Shown one piece after another: positions 49,482 to 57,756 of a DNA stretch of 64,000 nucleotides. The stretch comes from Patescibacteria group bacterium. GTDB lineage: Bacteria; Patescibacteriota; Patescibacteriia; PEXW01. Every line of letters starts with the position of its first letter. Positions within the stretch are counted from its first letter, which is position 1. The translations under genes and the position numbers were made by a program. The stretch is taken from positions 22,389-86,388 of the forward strand of contig JBBTRK010000005.1 of NCBI GenBank assembly GCA_038065235.1. The letters are read 5' to 3'. The notes under the pieces were generated by a model. The model had not been told where the DNA came from. It saw nothing but the letters and a program-made list of their open reading frames with translations, and did no database searches.

Positions 49482-50468
49482 GTGCAAAAAGACCCAGTTG
49501 TTTACTTGGGCGAGGCATGGCGTGATGCACATGCCGTCGCGGTTCTGGATCATCAACGAGTCGTTGCAGAAAAGCAACTGGCTCGTACGCTCGTCCAAGA
49601 CGAAGATGTCATGGGCGAACGAGTTCTTTACGGTTGCACAGTGCAAGTGCCAGTTGGCATCGCACATGCAGATCGTGCTGTAGAATCTGCTTCTACCGAG
49701 TTTGAGCTTGTTCAAGCAGAGGCAGAACAGGCAAAAGCATTCGAATGCGAATGTCTGACGGAGACCGGTATAGCCCCGCTAGCAGTTGTACCGACGAATA
49801 TATGGGAACAGGTGACCAAGGCCTGGGGGTTGGTGAGGTTCGAATACCTGGAGCACTCCCGCGCCTACGCGCGTACTGTCAGCGAGCCGCCAATGCCTTC
49901 GGAGACTCGTAGAGCTGCGTGGATGTACTCCATTTCTGCTTGCATTGCACTGTGCATGGTCGCCATTCTGGCGATCGTTGCATCGGTATACTGGTGGGGT
50001 GCCGCATTCGTTGCTGTGTTTCTTTCCTGGTGTGCCTATGTTCTGGTTCGCGAGTACCGCACAAAGTCAAAAGCGCGTAGTGCATACGAGCAGCGTAAAC
50101 AGACACCGGGAGGGTTCGTTTCCGAGCTCTGGCCAGATGGGCATGACTATTACGAGTACCTCGTTCGAATGTCTGATTTCGGTGAGTTCTGCCAGCTTCC
50201 CGTAGCGTTTCCAAACGCACCCAAGAGCTTTGTTGAGAAGTTGCTTCGGTTAGAATCCAAGAGGGTACATTGCTGCATTGCCGCCGCCCCCGAAGCAATT
50301 CACGTCAAGCTTAGCGAAGCAAGACCGGCACCGAATGCCGATCCCATACTGTATATCAAGTCTCCATGCGGAGGCTTCGTAGCAGTCCTCGACCGCTTCG
50401 GTAACTTCGAAAATGAAGCGCGTGCCGTCCAGCAAGCGCAAGACATCACGGCACAGTACTACGCCTAA
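49482..50468 (+). CDS. Hypothetical two-TM protein
   Basis: RBS AAAGGTGG + GTG; own TTGACA promoter at 49391; C-terminal DPILY...VAVLDRFG.F..E. Confidence 0.8.
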   Translation: MQKDPVVYLGEAWRDAHAVAVLDHQRVVAEKQLARTLVQDEDVMGERVLYGCTVQVPVGIAHADRAVESASTEFELVQAEAEQAKAFECECLTETGIAPLAVVPTNIWEQVTKAWGLVRFEYLEHSRAYARTVSEPPMPSETRRAAWMYSISACIALCMVAILAIVASVYWWGAAFVAVFLSWCAYVLVREYRTKSKARSAYEQRKQTPGGFVSELWPDGHDYYEYLVRMSDFGEFCQLPVAFPNAPKSFVEKLLRLESKRVHCCIAAAPEAIHVKLSEARPAPNADPILYIKSPCGGFVAVLDRFGNFENEARAVQQAQDITAQYYA

Positions 50469-50678
50469 CACCAACATTCGTTGTTTGATGACCAGCACCC
50501 TAAAAAGTGCTGGTTTTCTTTTTCCCCCAACCCCCTTGCCGTCCGTAGCTTTCTTGCCGACCGAAGCCTTGGCGAAGGTCGGAGCGTAGGACGGTGGCGT
50601 AGGTCGGTGCGCCCCGAGGGAGGGGGCAGCGGCCCAGGTTGACGCCCACTTTCGGCTGGCGTACACTAGTTTTTACTT

Positions 50679-50951
50679 ATGTCTGCCCCAACTACTGAAT
50701 ACCTAGACCAGCGTTTTGAGCGCCTGGAATTAGCTACGCAATCTATTCTGACCGAAATGCGTCAGCGGTTTGCTGACCATGACGCCCGTTTCCAGCGTAT
50801 TGAAGCAACCTTAGCAACCCTTGTAGAATCCGTTGATCGTTTTGCAAAAATTTACACCGATCTAAACCAGGAAGTCGTGGTTATGCGGCAACAGCTTCGC
50901 GACGTGGAATCGCGTGTGGGGAAACTGGAGCTCAAGTTGAAGACAGCGTAA
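50679..50951 (+). CDS. Small coiled-coil hypothetical protein
   Basis: Heptad pattern; promoter TTGACG...TACACT just upstream. Confidence 0.75.
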   Translation: MSAPTTEYLDQRFERLELATQSILTEMRQRFADHDARFQRIEATLATLVESVDRFAKIYTDLNQEVVVMRQQLRDVESRVGKLELKLKTA

Positions 50952-51085
50952 TTATTCATTTTCTGGCAAACCCCGAGCATCCGCCCGGGGTTTTCTTTTT
51001 GCCGAATTTTCCCCCACCCCCAACCCCCGCGCCCCGGAACGTAAAACAAAAAGCCCAACTCTCGTGAGTTGGGCCAAAAGTAATT

Positions 51086-51313
51086 TTACTTTTTCGTATC
51101 GCCCTTCTTCGTGCATTCGACGCTAACCTTCAGCCGCCACTGTGCACCGCAGCGCGTGCAGGTAAAAGTCTTTTTGCCATCGACGAATACGACTGGCTTG
51201 CCACAGTGGCATGCCTGGGAGGGGATAGGCGTGAAGAGATGACCTATTTCCAGAATCAACCTCTCGCCGGCAGTTTGAATCACTTTTCTTAAAGAGCTAG
51301 TTTCGCTTGCCAT
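51086..51313 (-). CDS. Small zinc-ribbon-like protein
   Basis: CHCG...CTRCG; RBS GAGG; minus-strand TTGACA at about 51382. Confidence 0.65.
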   Translation of the reverse strand: MASETSSLRKVIQTAGERLILEIGHLFTPIPSQACHCGKPVVFVDGKKTFTCTRCGAQWRLKVSVECTKKGDTKK

Positions 51314-51540
51314 GTAAATACCTCACTTTGTATGTGACTTTGTTTAACGGCTTACTGTAGCTAGGTAAGCTGCCTTTGTCAACCAAACCCCGCGCCCCCG
51401 CCCCAGGGGAGGGCAGAGGTCCGCCCGGCACGCCTACGGCGCAGCCGTGGCGGACGGGGGTGGGGGATAACCTGTTCACAAGCTAGCCCTTGCCGTTTGC
51501 TGTGGGAAAGCTAAAATAGTACTTATTTTAAAGTTATTGT

Positions 51541-52335
51541 ATGACTTCTGATAAAGAGTTTAATAAGGCAGCGCTGACAGCCGTAATATGCGCATTCATA
51601 ATCATGACATTTGTATTATTGTGGCGTTCTGGGGTGGATATAAGGTGGGCTGATGTACTAATTAATTTGTGTATAGCGTTACTTACAGCAATAATTTCAA
51701 TATTCGCCGCATTTGCTTTGTATAAGAGAGGGAAGAAAGCTGAGCAAAAAAGAGTGTTCGCAAACTTTAAACTGCTGTTTGCCGCATTTGTTTCAGAGAC
51801 TAATGACAATTTAGGTATACTAGTGTCATATCAAAAATCTGTAACGACAGATTCAATTTCGCATTTTAAAATGCTAACTGAAGTAATATCTAAAATAGTT
51901 ACTAACCATTTAATCTATAAACATTTAAGTGAGGAGCATGTAGTAGCAATTCGTTACGCACTTCATAAATACTTAGAGCTAAATAGCTATCTTGAAATTT
52001 TGATGCCGATTTTTTATGAGGGGAAAATTACTGAGCATTTAGTAAAACAGTTGCAGTTAGATGCAAAGAAAGTCAGGTATTATGCACTCGTTTTGCAGAA
52101 TTTAAACCAGGTTGCATTAAATGTGCTTGACGTTAGGTGGGTACCAAGTACAGATACTAAGTTGTTATATATGGATTTGTTGAAAAATGAGCCTAAGGAA
52201 GACGATCTTGAAAAATTTATTGATAAGTTGAAAAGCCATATAGAAATTGAGAAAAATATTAGCGCTCAACAAAAAGCGATTTCTAAAAAGAACTATTTAG
52301 CCGCAATGGAGAGGTACGAGAAAAAGTTAGAGTGA
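51541..52335 (+). CDS. AT-rich hypothetical protein with two N-terminal TMs
   Basis: 264-aa ORF, markedly AT-rich compared with the flanks. Confidence 0.75.
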   Translation: MTSDKEFNKAALTAVICAFIIMTFVLLWRSGVDIRWADVLINLCIALLTAIISIFAAFALYKRGKKAEQKRVFANFKLLFAAFVSETNDNLGILVSYQKSVTTDSISHFKMLTEVISKIVTNHLIYKHLSEEHVVAIRYALHKYLELNSYLEILMPIFYEGKITEHLVKQLQLDAKKVRYYALVLQNLNQVALNVLDVRWVPSTDTKLLYMDLLKNEPKEDDLEKFIDKLKSHIEIEKNISAQQKAISKKNYLAAMERYEKKLE

Positions 52336-52433
52336 ATCACGATACCTCACCTCAAGGGGCACATCAGTTACACCCGGCCATATGGTTTATTGTAAAGAGC
52401 TTAGAATATGAGCTCACATAACGCATAGATATT

Positions 52434-53180
52434 ATGAAGAAAGGGACAAAAATTTCGATACGTCTCAACCCCTACGTTTTTTTATATTCTGAAGCAAAGT
52501 TCTTTTTAGAGCACAGCAGTGTTAGTAGAGACTCTAAAAATGTGACCGATCTTATTAAGCGTTCAAAATTTGCAAGAACGAGCATAATTCTGTTCCAAGC
52601 TACGGTGGAATCAATACTTCGGTGGCTTCTTTTTAATGGCGCAATAAAAGGTATTTCAATGAGTTTAAAGAAAAAAATCGACCGAATGGATTTCAAGACC
52701 CGATTGGTTGAAATCACGAACGCTAATTGTAAAAAAATAAAGGTGTCTAATTTTCAGAAATACAATCACTTACTAGAAATGGCTGACCTAAGAAACAGCA
52801 TAATTCATCAAGAACATCTTCAAATGCAAGGCACCGTGGAAACTTTCGATAAAGTAAACAATAAAATAAAGATCCACCTAATTTCACGGAGTGAATTTTA
52901 TACTCATTCAAAACTCCAGAAGAATGTCAGACTCGTTGACTATTTTGATGCAATAAAAAGTAACGAAATTGTAGACGAGTTTGTTGATTGGTTGAAAATC
53001 AATCTTAAACGCCCAGAAGACTTTATCAACACGTTTAGCATTGTTGCCCATAATATAAAATCTAGAAGCCGGAAATTAAAAATCGGTTCAAGTTTACAGA
53101 TTGAAATTAAAGGTAGAGGAGAAGATCTCATCGATATGGCTAGCTATTGGCCAAATACAAAAATGACTTTTAGATTGTAA
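52434..53180 (+). CDS. AT-rich HEPN-like protein
   Basis: ARTSII...ATVES.L helix and LRNSIIH (Rx4H) motif. Confidence 0.65.
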   Translation: MKKGTKISIRLNPYVFLYSEAKFFLEHSSVSRDSKNVTDLIKRSKFARTSIILFQATVESILRWLLFNGAIKGISMSLKKKIDRMDFKTRLVEITNANCKKIKVSNFQKYNHLLEMADLRNSIIHQEHLQMQGTVETFDKVNNKIKIHLISRSEFYTHSKLQKNVRLVDYFDAIKSNEIVDEFVDWLKINLKRPEDFINTFSIVAHNIKSRSRKLKIGSSLQIEIKGRGEDLIDMASYWPNTKMTFRL

Positions 53181-53319
53181 TCTCACACCCTATTTTTTGG
53201 CATCTCCTATCCTGCCTGGTAGACTAGGTACATGACCCTATTGCCCCAAGAAAAATAGTTTTTGTTTGAAAAAAAGCCACCCGTAGAGAGTGGCTTGCAT
53301 TTTGCAACGATGTTTTTGC

Positions 53320-53532
53320 TCATGTCGCCGTGAGGGCGTGTACTCCTGCAATTATCAGTAGTACTACTGAGCTTGCACCGACCAGAAAGAACATAGAAAA
53401 AAGAAAACCCAGGAATCTTTGGTATTTTATACTCATCAGCGAGATGACGCTGAAGTACATTCCCAGTACGCCCAGTAACCCAATGATTCCCGTGAGAATC
53501 CAGACCCACCAAAGCGCTGTTATTAAATCCAC
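53320..53532 (-). CDS. Small two-TM membrane protein (paralog-like to 53723-53956)
   Basis: RBS AAGGAGG + GTG; MDLITALWWVW..LLIIA vs MINFISAYWWAW..MLIIA. Confidence 0.65.
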   Translation of the reverse strand: MDLITALWWVWILTGIIGLLGVLGMYFSVISLMSIKYQRFLGFLFSMFFLVGASSVVLLIIAGVHALTAT

Positions 53533-53606
53533 ATTTTCCTCCTTGTGTTTTCTTCAACCTACACCAGCCGCTTGAGTAGTCAATGGCTAGCACCTGCAAT
53601 GAGGCT

Positions 53607-54095
53607 ATGACCCTATTGCCCGCGGAGACGATTAGGGTCAGAATGTTATTTTTTTGGGTTATGTAAAAACCGCTCGGGGATTGAGCGGTTTTGAGTAATA
53701 CGGTATTTGGGTTACTTTCACATTAGCCGGCGAAAGCTTGGATGGCCGCAGCGCAGGCTGCAATAATGAGCATAATGGTTACGGAAATTGCAGAGCAAAC
53801 AAAAAGGATCAGGGTTACGTGCAAGAGTTTTGCCCGATAGTACTTCCCAGCGCTTTCGGCAGTAAAAAGTAAGGCCCAGCTTATCACGACTCCAGCGCAG
53901 CTAATGGGGATTAAGAACAGCCACGCCCACCAATAAGCAGATATAAAATTTATCAATGTTGCCTCCGTTGGTTTTCTCAAACCTACACCCCCAGCTTGAG
54001 TAGTCAATAGCTTGCACGTACAATACAGGTATGAACCTCATGTCATCTTTGAATAGTGAACAAAAACAGGCGGTTACGCATGCGTCCGGCCCGCT
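53607..54095 (+). repeat. 489-bp direct repeat, copy 2
   Basis: Matches 48165-48653. Confidence 0.93.
53723..53956 (-). CDS. Small two-TM membrane protein (copy 2)
   Basis: Identical to 48281-48514. Confidence 0.65.
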   Translation of the reverse strand: MINFISAYWWAWLFLIPISCAGVVISWALLFTAESAGKYYRAKLLHVTLILFVCSAISVTIMLIIAACAAAIQAFAG

Positions 54096-57000
54096 CCTTA
54101 TCGTTGCCGGCGCGGGGACGGGCAAGACCACCGTCGTCACCCAGCGCATTGCCTGGCTCATTGCCGAAAAGAAGATTAAGCCTGACCACATCCTCGGGTT
54201 AACGTTCACGGACAAAGCCGCCGGGGAACTGGAAGAGCGCGTGGACAAGCTGCTGCCCATGGGCTACGTGGATTTGTGGGTGAGCACGTTCCACAGCTTC
54301 TGCGAGCGCATCCTGCGGGATCACGCCCTGGACATTGGCCTTAGCCCCGACTTCACCTTGCTGGATGAGACGGACCAGGCCATTCTGATGCGCGAGCACC
54401 TGGAGCAATTCGACTTGAGCTACTACCGGCCGTTGGGCAACCCGACGAAGTTCGTGTCCAGCCTCATCAAGCACTTCAGCCGGTGCAAGGATGAAGCAAT
54501 TCGGCCAGAGGAATATCTGAAATACGCAGAAAAGTTACGGCTGGATTTGGATCAGGTGCATGGGCGCAAAAAGCATTCGCAGGATGAAGACAAGGATGAA
54601 ATCGTTGAAGTAGACAGGATAAACGAAATTGCGAACGCGTACCACACCTACCAGCAGCTCCTGTTCCAGAAGGGGAGCCTGGACTTCGGCGACCTCATCA
54701 CGCAGACGCTCTATCTCTTCCAGCAGCGGCCCAAGATTCTGGAGCGCTACCGCAAGCAGTTCGAGTACATCCTGGTGGACGAATTCCAGGACACGAACTG
54801 GGCGCAGTACGAGCTGGTGAAGTTGCTCGCTGCCCCGCAGAACAACCTGACCGTGGTGGGGGATGATGACCAGAGTATCTACAAGTTCCGCGGCGCCAGC
54901 GTGGCCAACATTCTGGCGTTCAAGACGGACTTCCCCAAAGCCAAAGAAGTGGTGCTCACCCAGAACTACCGCAGCACGCAAAACATTCTGGACTTGGCCT
55001 ACGACTTCATCCAGGCGAACAACCCGAATAGGTTAGAGGTGCAGCTTGGTAATACACCCCCCCTTACCCCCCCTTCGAAAGGGGGGGAGGGTGAGGGAGC
55101 CAAGAAGCGTGGGCGACGGAAAAATTCCGCACCCCAATTATCTCCCTCTTCACAAGGGGGAGAGGGAGGGGGTCGAGACAAGGCCTTTGCGATTAGCAAA
55201 AAGCTTTTTGCTCAAGAGCAAGGCACCGGTACAATAGAGTATTCCATTGCACCGATTCTGGAGCAGGAAGCCACTGGCGCAGTGGAGAAAATCCTGGAGC
55301 TCAAGAAGAAGAAAGGCACCAGCTACAACGATTTTGCCATTCTGGTGCGCGCCAATGATTCGGCGCAGCCCTTCATCCAGCGCCTGAAAGCCGCGGACGT
55401 GCCGTTCCAGTTCGTGGCCACGGCCGGGCTGTACCGCCAACCCATTGTGCTGGACATCCTCAACTACCTCAAGCTGCTAGATAACTTCCACGAGAGCGCC
55501 AGCTTGTACCGCATGCTCACCCTCCCATCCCTGTGCATTCCCTTGCAGGATGTGATGAGCATGATGGCTACAGCGCGGCGGGAGACCAAGTCGCTGTACG
55601 AAGTGTCCAAGAACGTCCGTGCGCTCACCGGGATGCAACCCGAGACAATCGCGGCTGTGGAAAAACTTCATGGGTGGCTCGAAGCGCACGGCCAACTGGC
55701 GCGCACGCAGCCCGTGGGTGAAGTGGCCTTGAAGTTCTTGGAAGACTCGGGTTTGATGAAAGACCTCACCAGCTCCACAGACGCTGACCACTTGGAAGTG
55801 GTGAACTACATGAACCAGCTGTTCCAAGTGTTCCAGAGCTTCCAGATGCGGCACGAAGAACCGACGGTGAAGAATTTTTTGCACGAATTAGCTTTCGCCC
55901 AAGACGCGGGCGATTCTGGAAGTCTGCGGCCGCCCGAATGGGAGCAAGGCCCAGAGGCTGTGAAGCTCATGACCATTCACAGCGCCAAAGGCTTGGAATT
56001 CCCGTACGTGTTCATTGCGAACTTGGTTGATAAGAGATTCCCCACAATCGAGCGCCGCGACGCCATTGAACTACCCGATGATCTCGTCAGAGAGAAACTT
56101 CCCGAAGGGGACTGGCACTTGCAAGAAGAGCGACGCCTCATGTATGTGGCCATCACCCGCGCCAAGCAAGGCGTGTTCTTCACGGCCGCGGAAGACTACG
56201 GCGGCACGCGCAAGAAAAAGCCCTCGCGCTTCATTGAAGAGCTTGGCCTCAAAGCCAAACCGTTCAAATTAAAGGGTGGATTGTTGGATAAGCAAAAGGC
56301 GCCTGCACGTCAAGAAAATGACGCCGAATTACTGCGTAAAGCACTGCCCCCGTACTTCAGCTTCACGCAGTTGAAGGCGTTTGAGAAATGCCCTAAGCAG
56401 TACAAGTACGCCCACTTGCTGAAGATCCCGGTGCCAGGGCATGCCACGTTGAGCTTTGGCCAAACCATTCATAACACCTTGCTCAACTTCTTCAAGCTGG
56501 CACGCGAGCGCGGCATGGCCGGTCAGGCTGATTTGTTCGGCAAGAAAGACCAGGCCACCAGCGGCCCGCCTGTTACCTGGGCCGAGCTGCAGCAAATTTA
56601 CCAAGCCAACTGGCAAGACATGTGGTACAGCAGCATGGCGCAGAAGACGGAGTACAAGCACCGCGGCGTAAAGTTCCTCAAAAACTTCTACGATTCTCTC
56701 CCAACACCGTGGCCACAACCAACCGAGCTGGAAAAAGGTTTTACCATTGTCATCAACGGCCATAAAGTAAAAGGCAAGATTGACCGCATTGACCCCAGCA
56801 CTGGCGGCATAGAAATTATTGACTACAAGACCAGCGAGAAACCGCCAGCAGAAAACAAAGCCGATTTGGAACAGCTGCACATTTACGCTATGGCCGCGCG
56901 CGAAGCGCTTGGACTCAATCCGGTGAAGCTCACCTTCATTTACCTGGCCGCCGAAAAACCCTTTAGCTACCCAATTGACGAAAAGGCCATTGAGAAAACC

Positions 57001-57123
57001 CGCGCCGAGATAGGGGAGACCATTGAGGCAATTTTGAAAAGTGACTTTGTTGCCACGCCGAGCAAGTTCACCTGCGTATCCTGCGATTTTCGAAATATCT
57101 GCGAGGATAGGTATAGAGGGTAA
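54031..57123 (+). CDS. UvrD/PcrA SF1 helicase fused to a PD-(D/E)XK (Cas4/AddB-like, Fe-S) nuclease
   Basis: AGAGTGKT, TFT.KAA, VDEFQDTN, VGDDDQSIY.FRGA, NYRS, TIHSAKGLEF, EERRL.YVA.TRA; C-terminal CP.QY, GKIDRID, IIDYKT, QL..YA, CxxC....C. Confidence 0.95.
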   Translation: MNLMSSLNSEQKQAVTHASGPLLIVAGAGTGKTTVVTQRIAWLIAEKKIKPDHILGLTFTDKAAGELEERVDKLLPMGYVDLWVSTFHSFCERILRDHALDIGLSPDFTLLDETDQAILMREHLEQFDLSYYRPLGNPTKFVSSLIKHFSRCKDEAIRPEEYLKYAEKLRLDLDQVHGRKKHSQDEDKDEIVEVDRINEIANAYHTYQQLLFQKGSLDFGDLITQTLYLFQQRPKILERYRKQFEYILVDEFQDTNWAQYELVKLLAAPQNNLTVVGDDDQSIYKFRGASVANILAFKTDFPKAKEVVLTQNYRSTQNILDLAYDFIQANNPNRLEVQLGNTPPLTPPSKGGEGEGAKKRGRRKNSAPQLSPSSQGGEGGGRDKAFAISKKLFAQEQGTGTIEYSIAPILEQEATGAVEKILELKKKKGTSYNDFAILVRANDSAQPFIQRLKAADVPFQFVATAGLYRQPIVLDILNYLKLLDNFHESASLYRMLTLPSLCIPLQDVMSMMATARRETKSLYEVSKNVRALTGMQPETIAAVEKLHGWLEAHGQLARTQPVGEVALKFLEDSGLMKDLTSSTDADHLEVVNYMNQLFQVFQSFQMRHEEPTVKNFLHELAFAQDAGDSGSLRPPEWEQGPEAVKLMTIHSAKGLEFPYVFIANLVDKRFPTIERRDAIELPDDLVREKLPEGDWHLQEERRLMYVAITRAKQGVFFTAAEDYGGTRKKKPSRFIEELGLKAKPFKLKGGLLDKQKAPARQENDAELLRKALPPYFSFTQLKAFEKCPKQYKYAHLLKIPVPGHATLSFGQTIHNTLLNFFKLARERGMAGQADLFGKKDQATSGPPVTWAELQQIYQANWQDMWYSSMAQKTEYKHRGVKFLKNFYDSLPTPWPQPTELEKGFTIVINGHKVKGKIDRIDPSTGGIEIIDYKTSEKPPAENKADLEQLHIYAMAAREALGLNPVKLTFIYLAAEKPFSYPIDEKAIEKTRAEIGETIEAILKSDFVATPSKFTCVSCDFRNICEDRYRG

Positions 57124-57129
57124 TTAAAG

Positions 57130-57193
57130 TTGTCATGCCGGACTCGATCCGGCATCTTGCCGCAAGGCCCCGGGTCTGACGCCCGGGGCGACA
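57130..57193. repeat. REP-like doublet
   Basis: TGTCATGCCGGACTCGATCCGGCATC...CCCCGGGTCTGACGCCCGGGGCGACA. Confidence 0.7.
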
Positions 57194-57200
57194 TAAATGA

Positions 57201-57749
57201 GTGAAGCTTATGCAAGAAGAACTTTTCGACGCCTGCGACGAACAAGGCAACCCAAAGGGTGAGCGGGTAACCCGTGCAGACGCGCACACCAAAGGAATTT
57301 GGCACCACACCGTGCACCTGTACCTGGTACGGAAGGTGGGGGATGACTTCGCGTTCCTCATGCACCTTCGAGCAAAGACCAAAGACTTGAACCCGGACAA
57401 GTGGGACACGCGCTTCGGCGGACACGTGCTTGCGGGTATGAGCATCGCCGATACCGCTCGCCGAGAACTCAAAGAAGAAGTTGGTTTGAACTTGGAGTAC
57501 TATAAAATAGTTGAAGGTGTTGTAACGAAACGTGACAATTTTCCAAATAGGGAATTTACTCACACATTTTTTGTTGAGGTTCCAGAAGATGTCCCAGTAC
57601 AATTCGAAGACGGTGAAGTGCAGCGCGTGGAGTGGATGACGGCAAAGGAAATTATTGCTTCAATGCAAACCAAGTCTCGCCCGTGGGCCGGGAGTCTGCA
57701 AGGCTTCCAAGAAACGCTGAAGGTTTTGCAGGAGAGGTGGAAGGGGTAG
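57201..57749 (+). CDS. NUDIX hydrolase (IDI-like)
   Basis: R..AH..G.WH..VH, R...K...P..WD...GGH, RELKEEVG. Confidence 0.9.
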   Translation: MKLMQEELFDACDEQGNPKGERVTRADAHTKGIWHHTVHLYLVRKVGDDFAFLMHLRAKTKDLNPDKWDTRFGGHVLAGMSIADTARRELKEEVGLNLEYYKIVEGVVTKRDNFPNREFTHTFFVEVPEDVPVQFEDGEVQRVEWMTAKEIIASMQTKSRPWAGSLQGFQETLKVLQERWKG

Positions 57750-57756
57750 TGTTATT

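Larger units (their letters stand above)
45834..51467. repeat. Seven copies of a C-rich imperfect palindrome separating single genes
   Basis: Copies at 45834-45895, 46705-46786, 48038-48126, 49354-49389, 50521-50632, 51009-51037 (left half only), 51383-51467; consensus TTCCCCCAACCCC..GCCCC..GGGGCAGAGGGGTGGG. Confidence 0.8.

Noticed and set aside
45834-51467. C-rich repeats as a CRISPR array or classical integron attC sites
   Set aside because: Spacers are whole genes of variable length and the repeats are degenerate; no cas or intI gene is in the window and the RYYYAAC/GTTRRRY cores are missing.
53320-53956. Paralogous small genes as a DGR template/variable repeat pair
   Set aside because: Differences are not adenine-specific, similarity is low, and there is no reverse transcriptase in the window.
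56340-57123. Cas4-like domain as evidence of a CRISPR-Cas system
   Set aside because: It is the C-terminal PD-(D/E)XK domain of a UvrD fusion (AdnA/AddB-like); no other cas genes or array.
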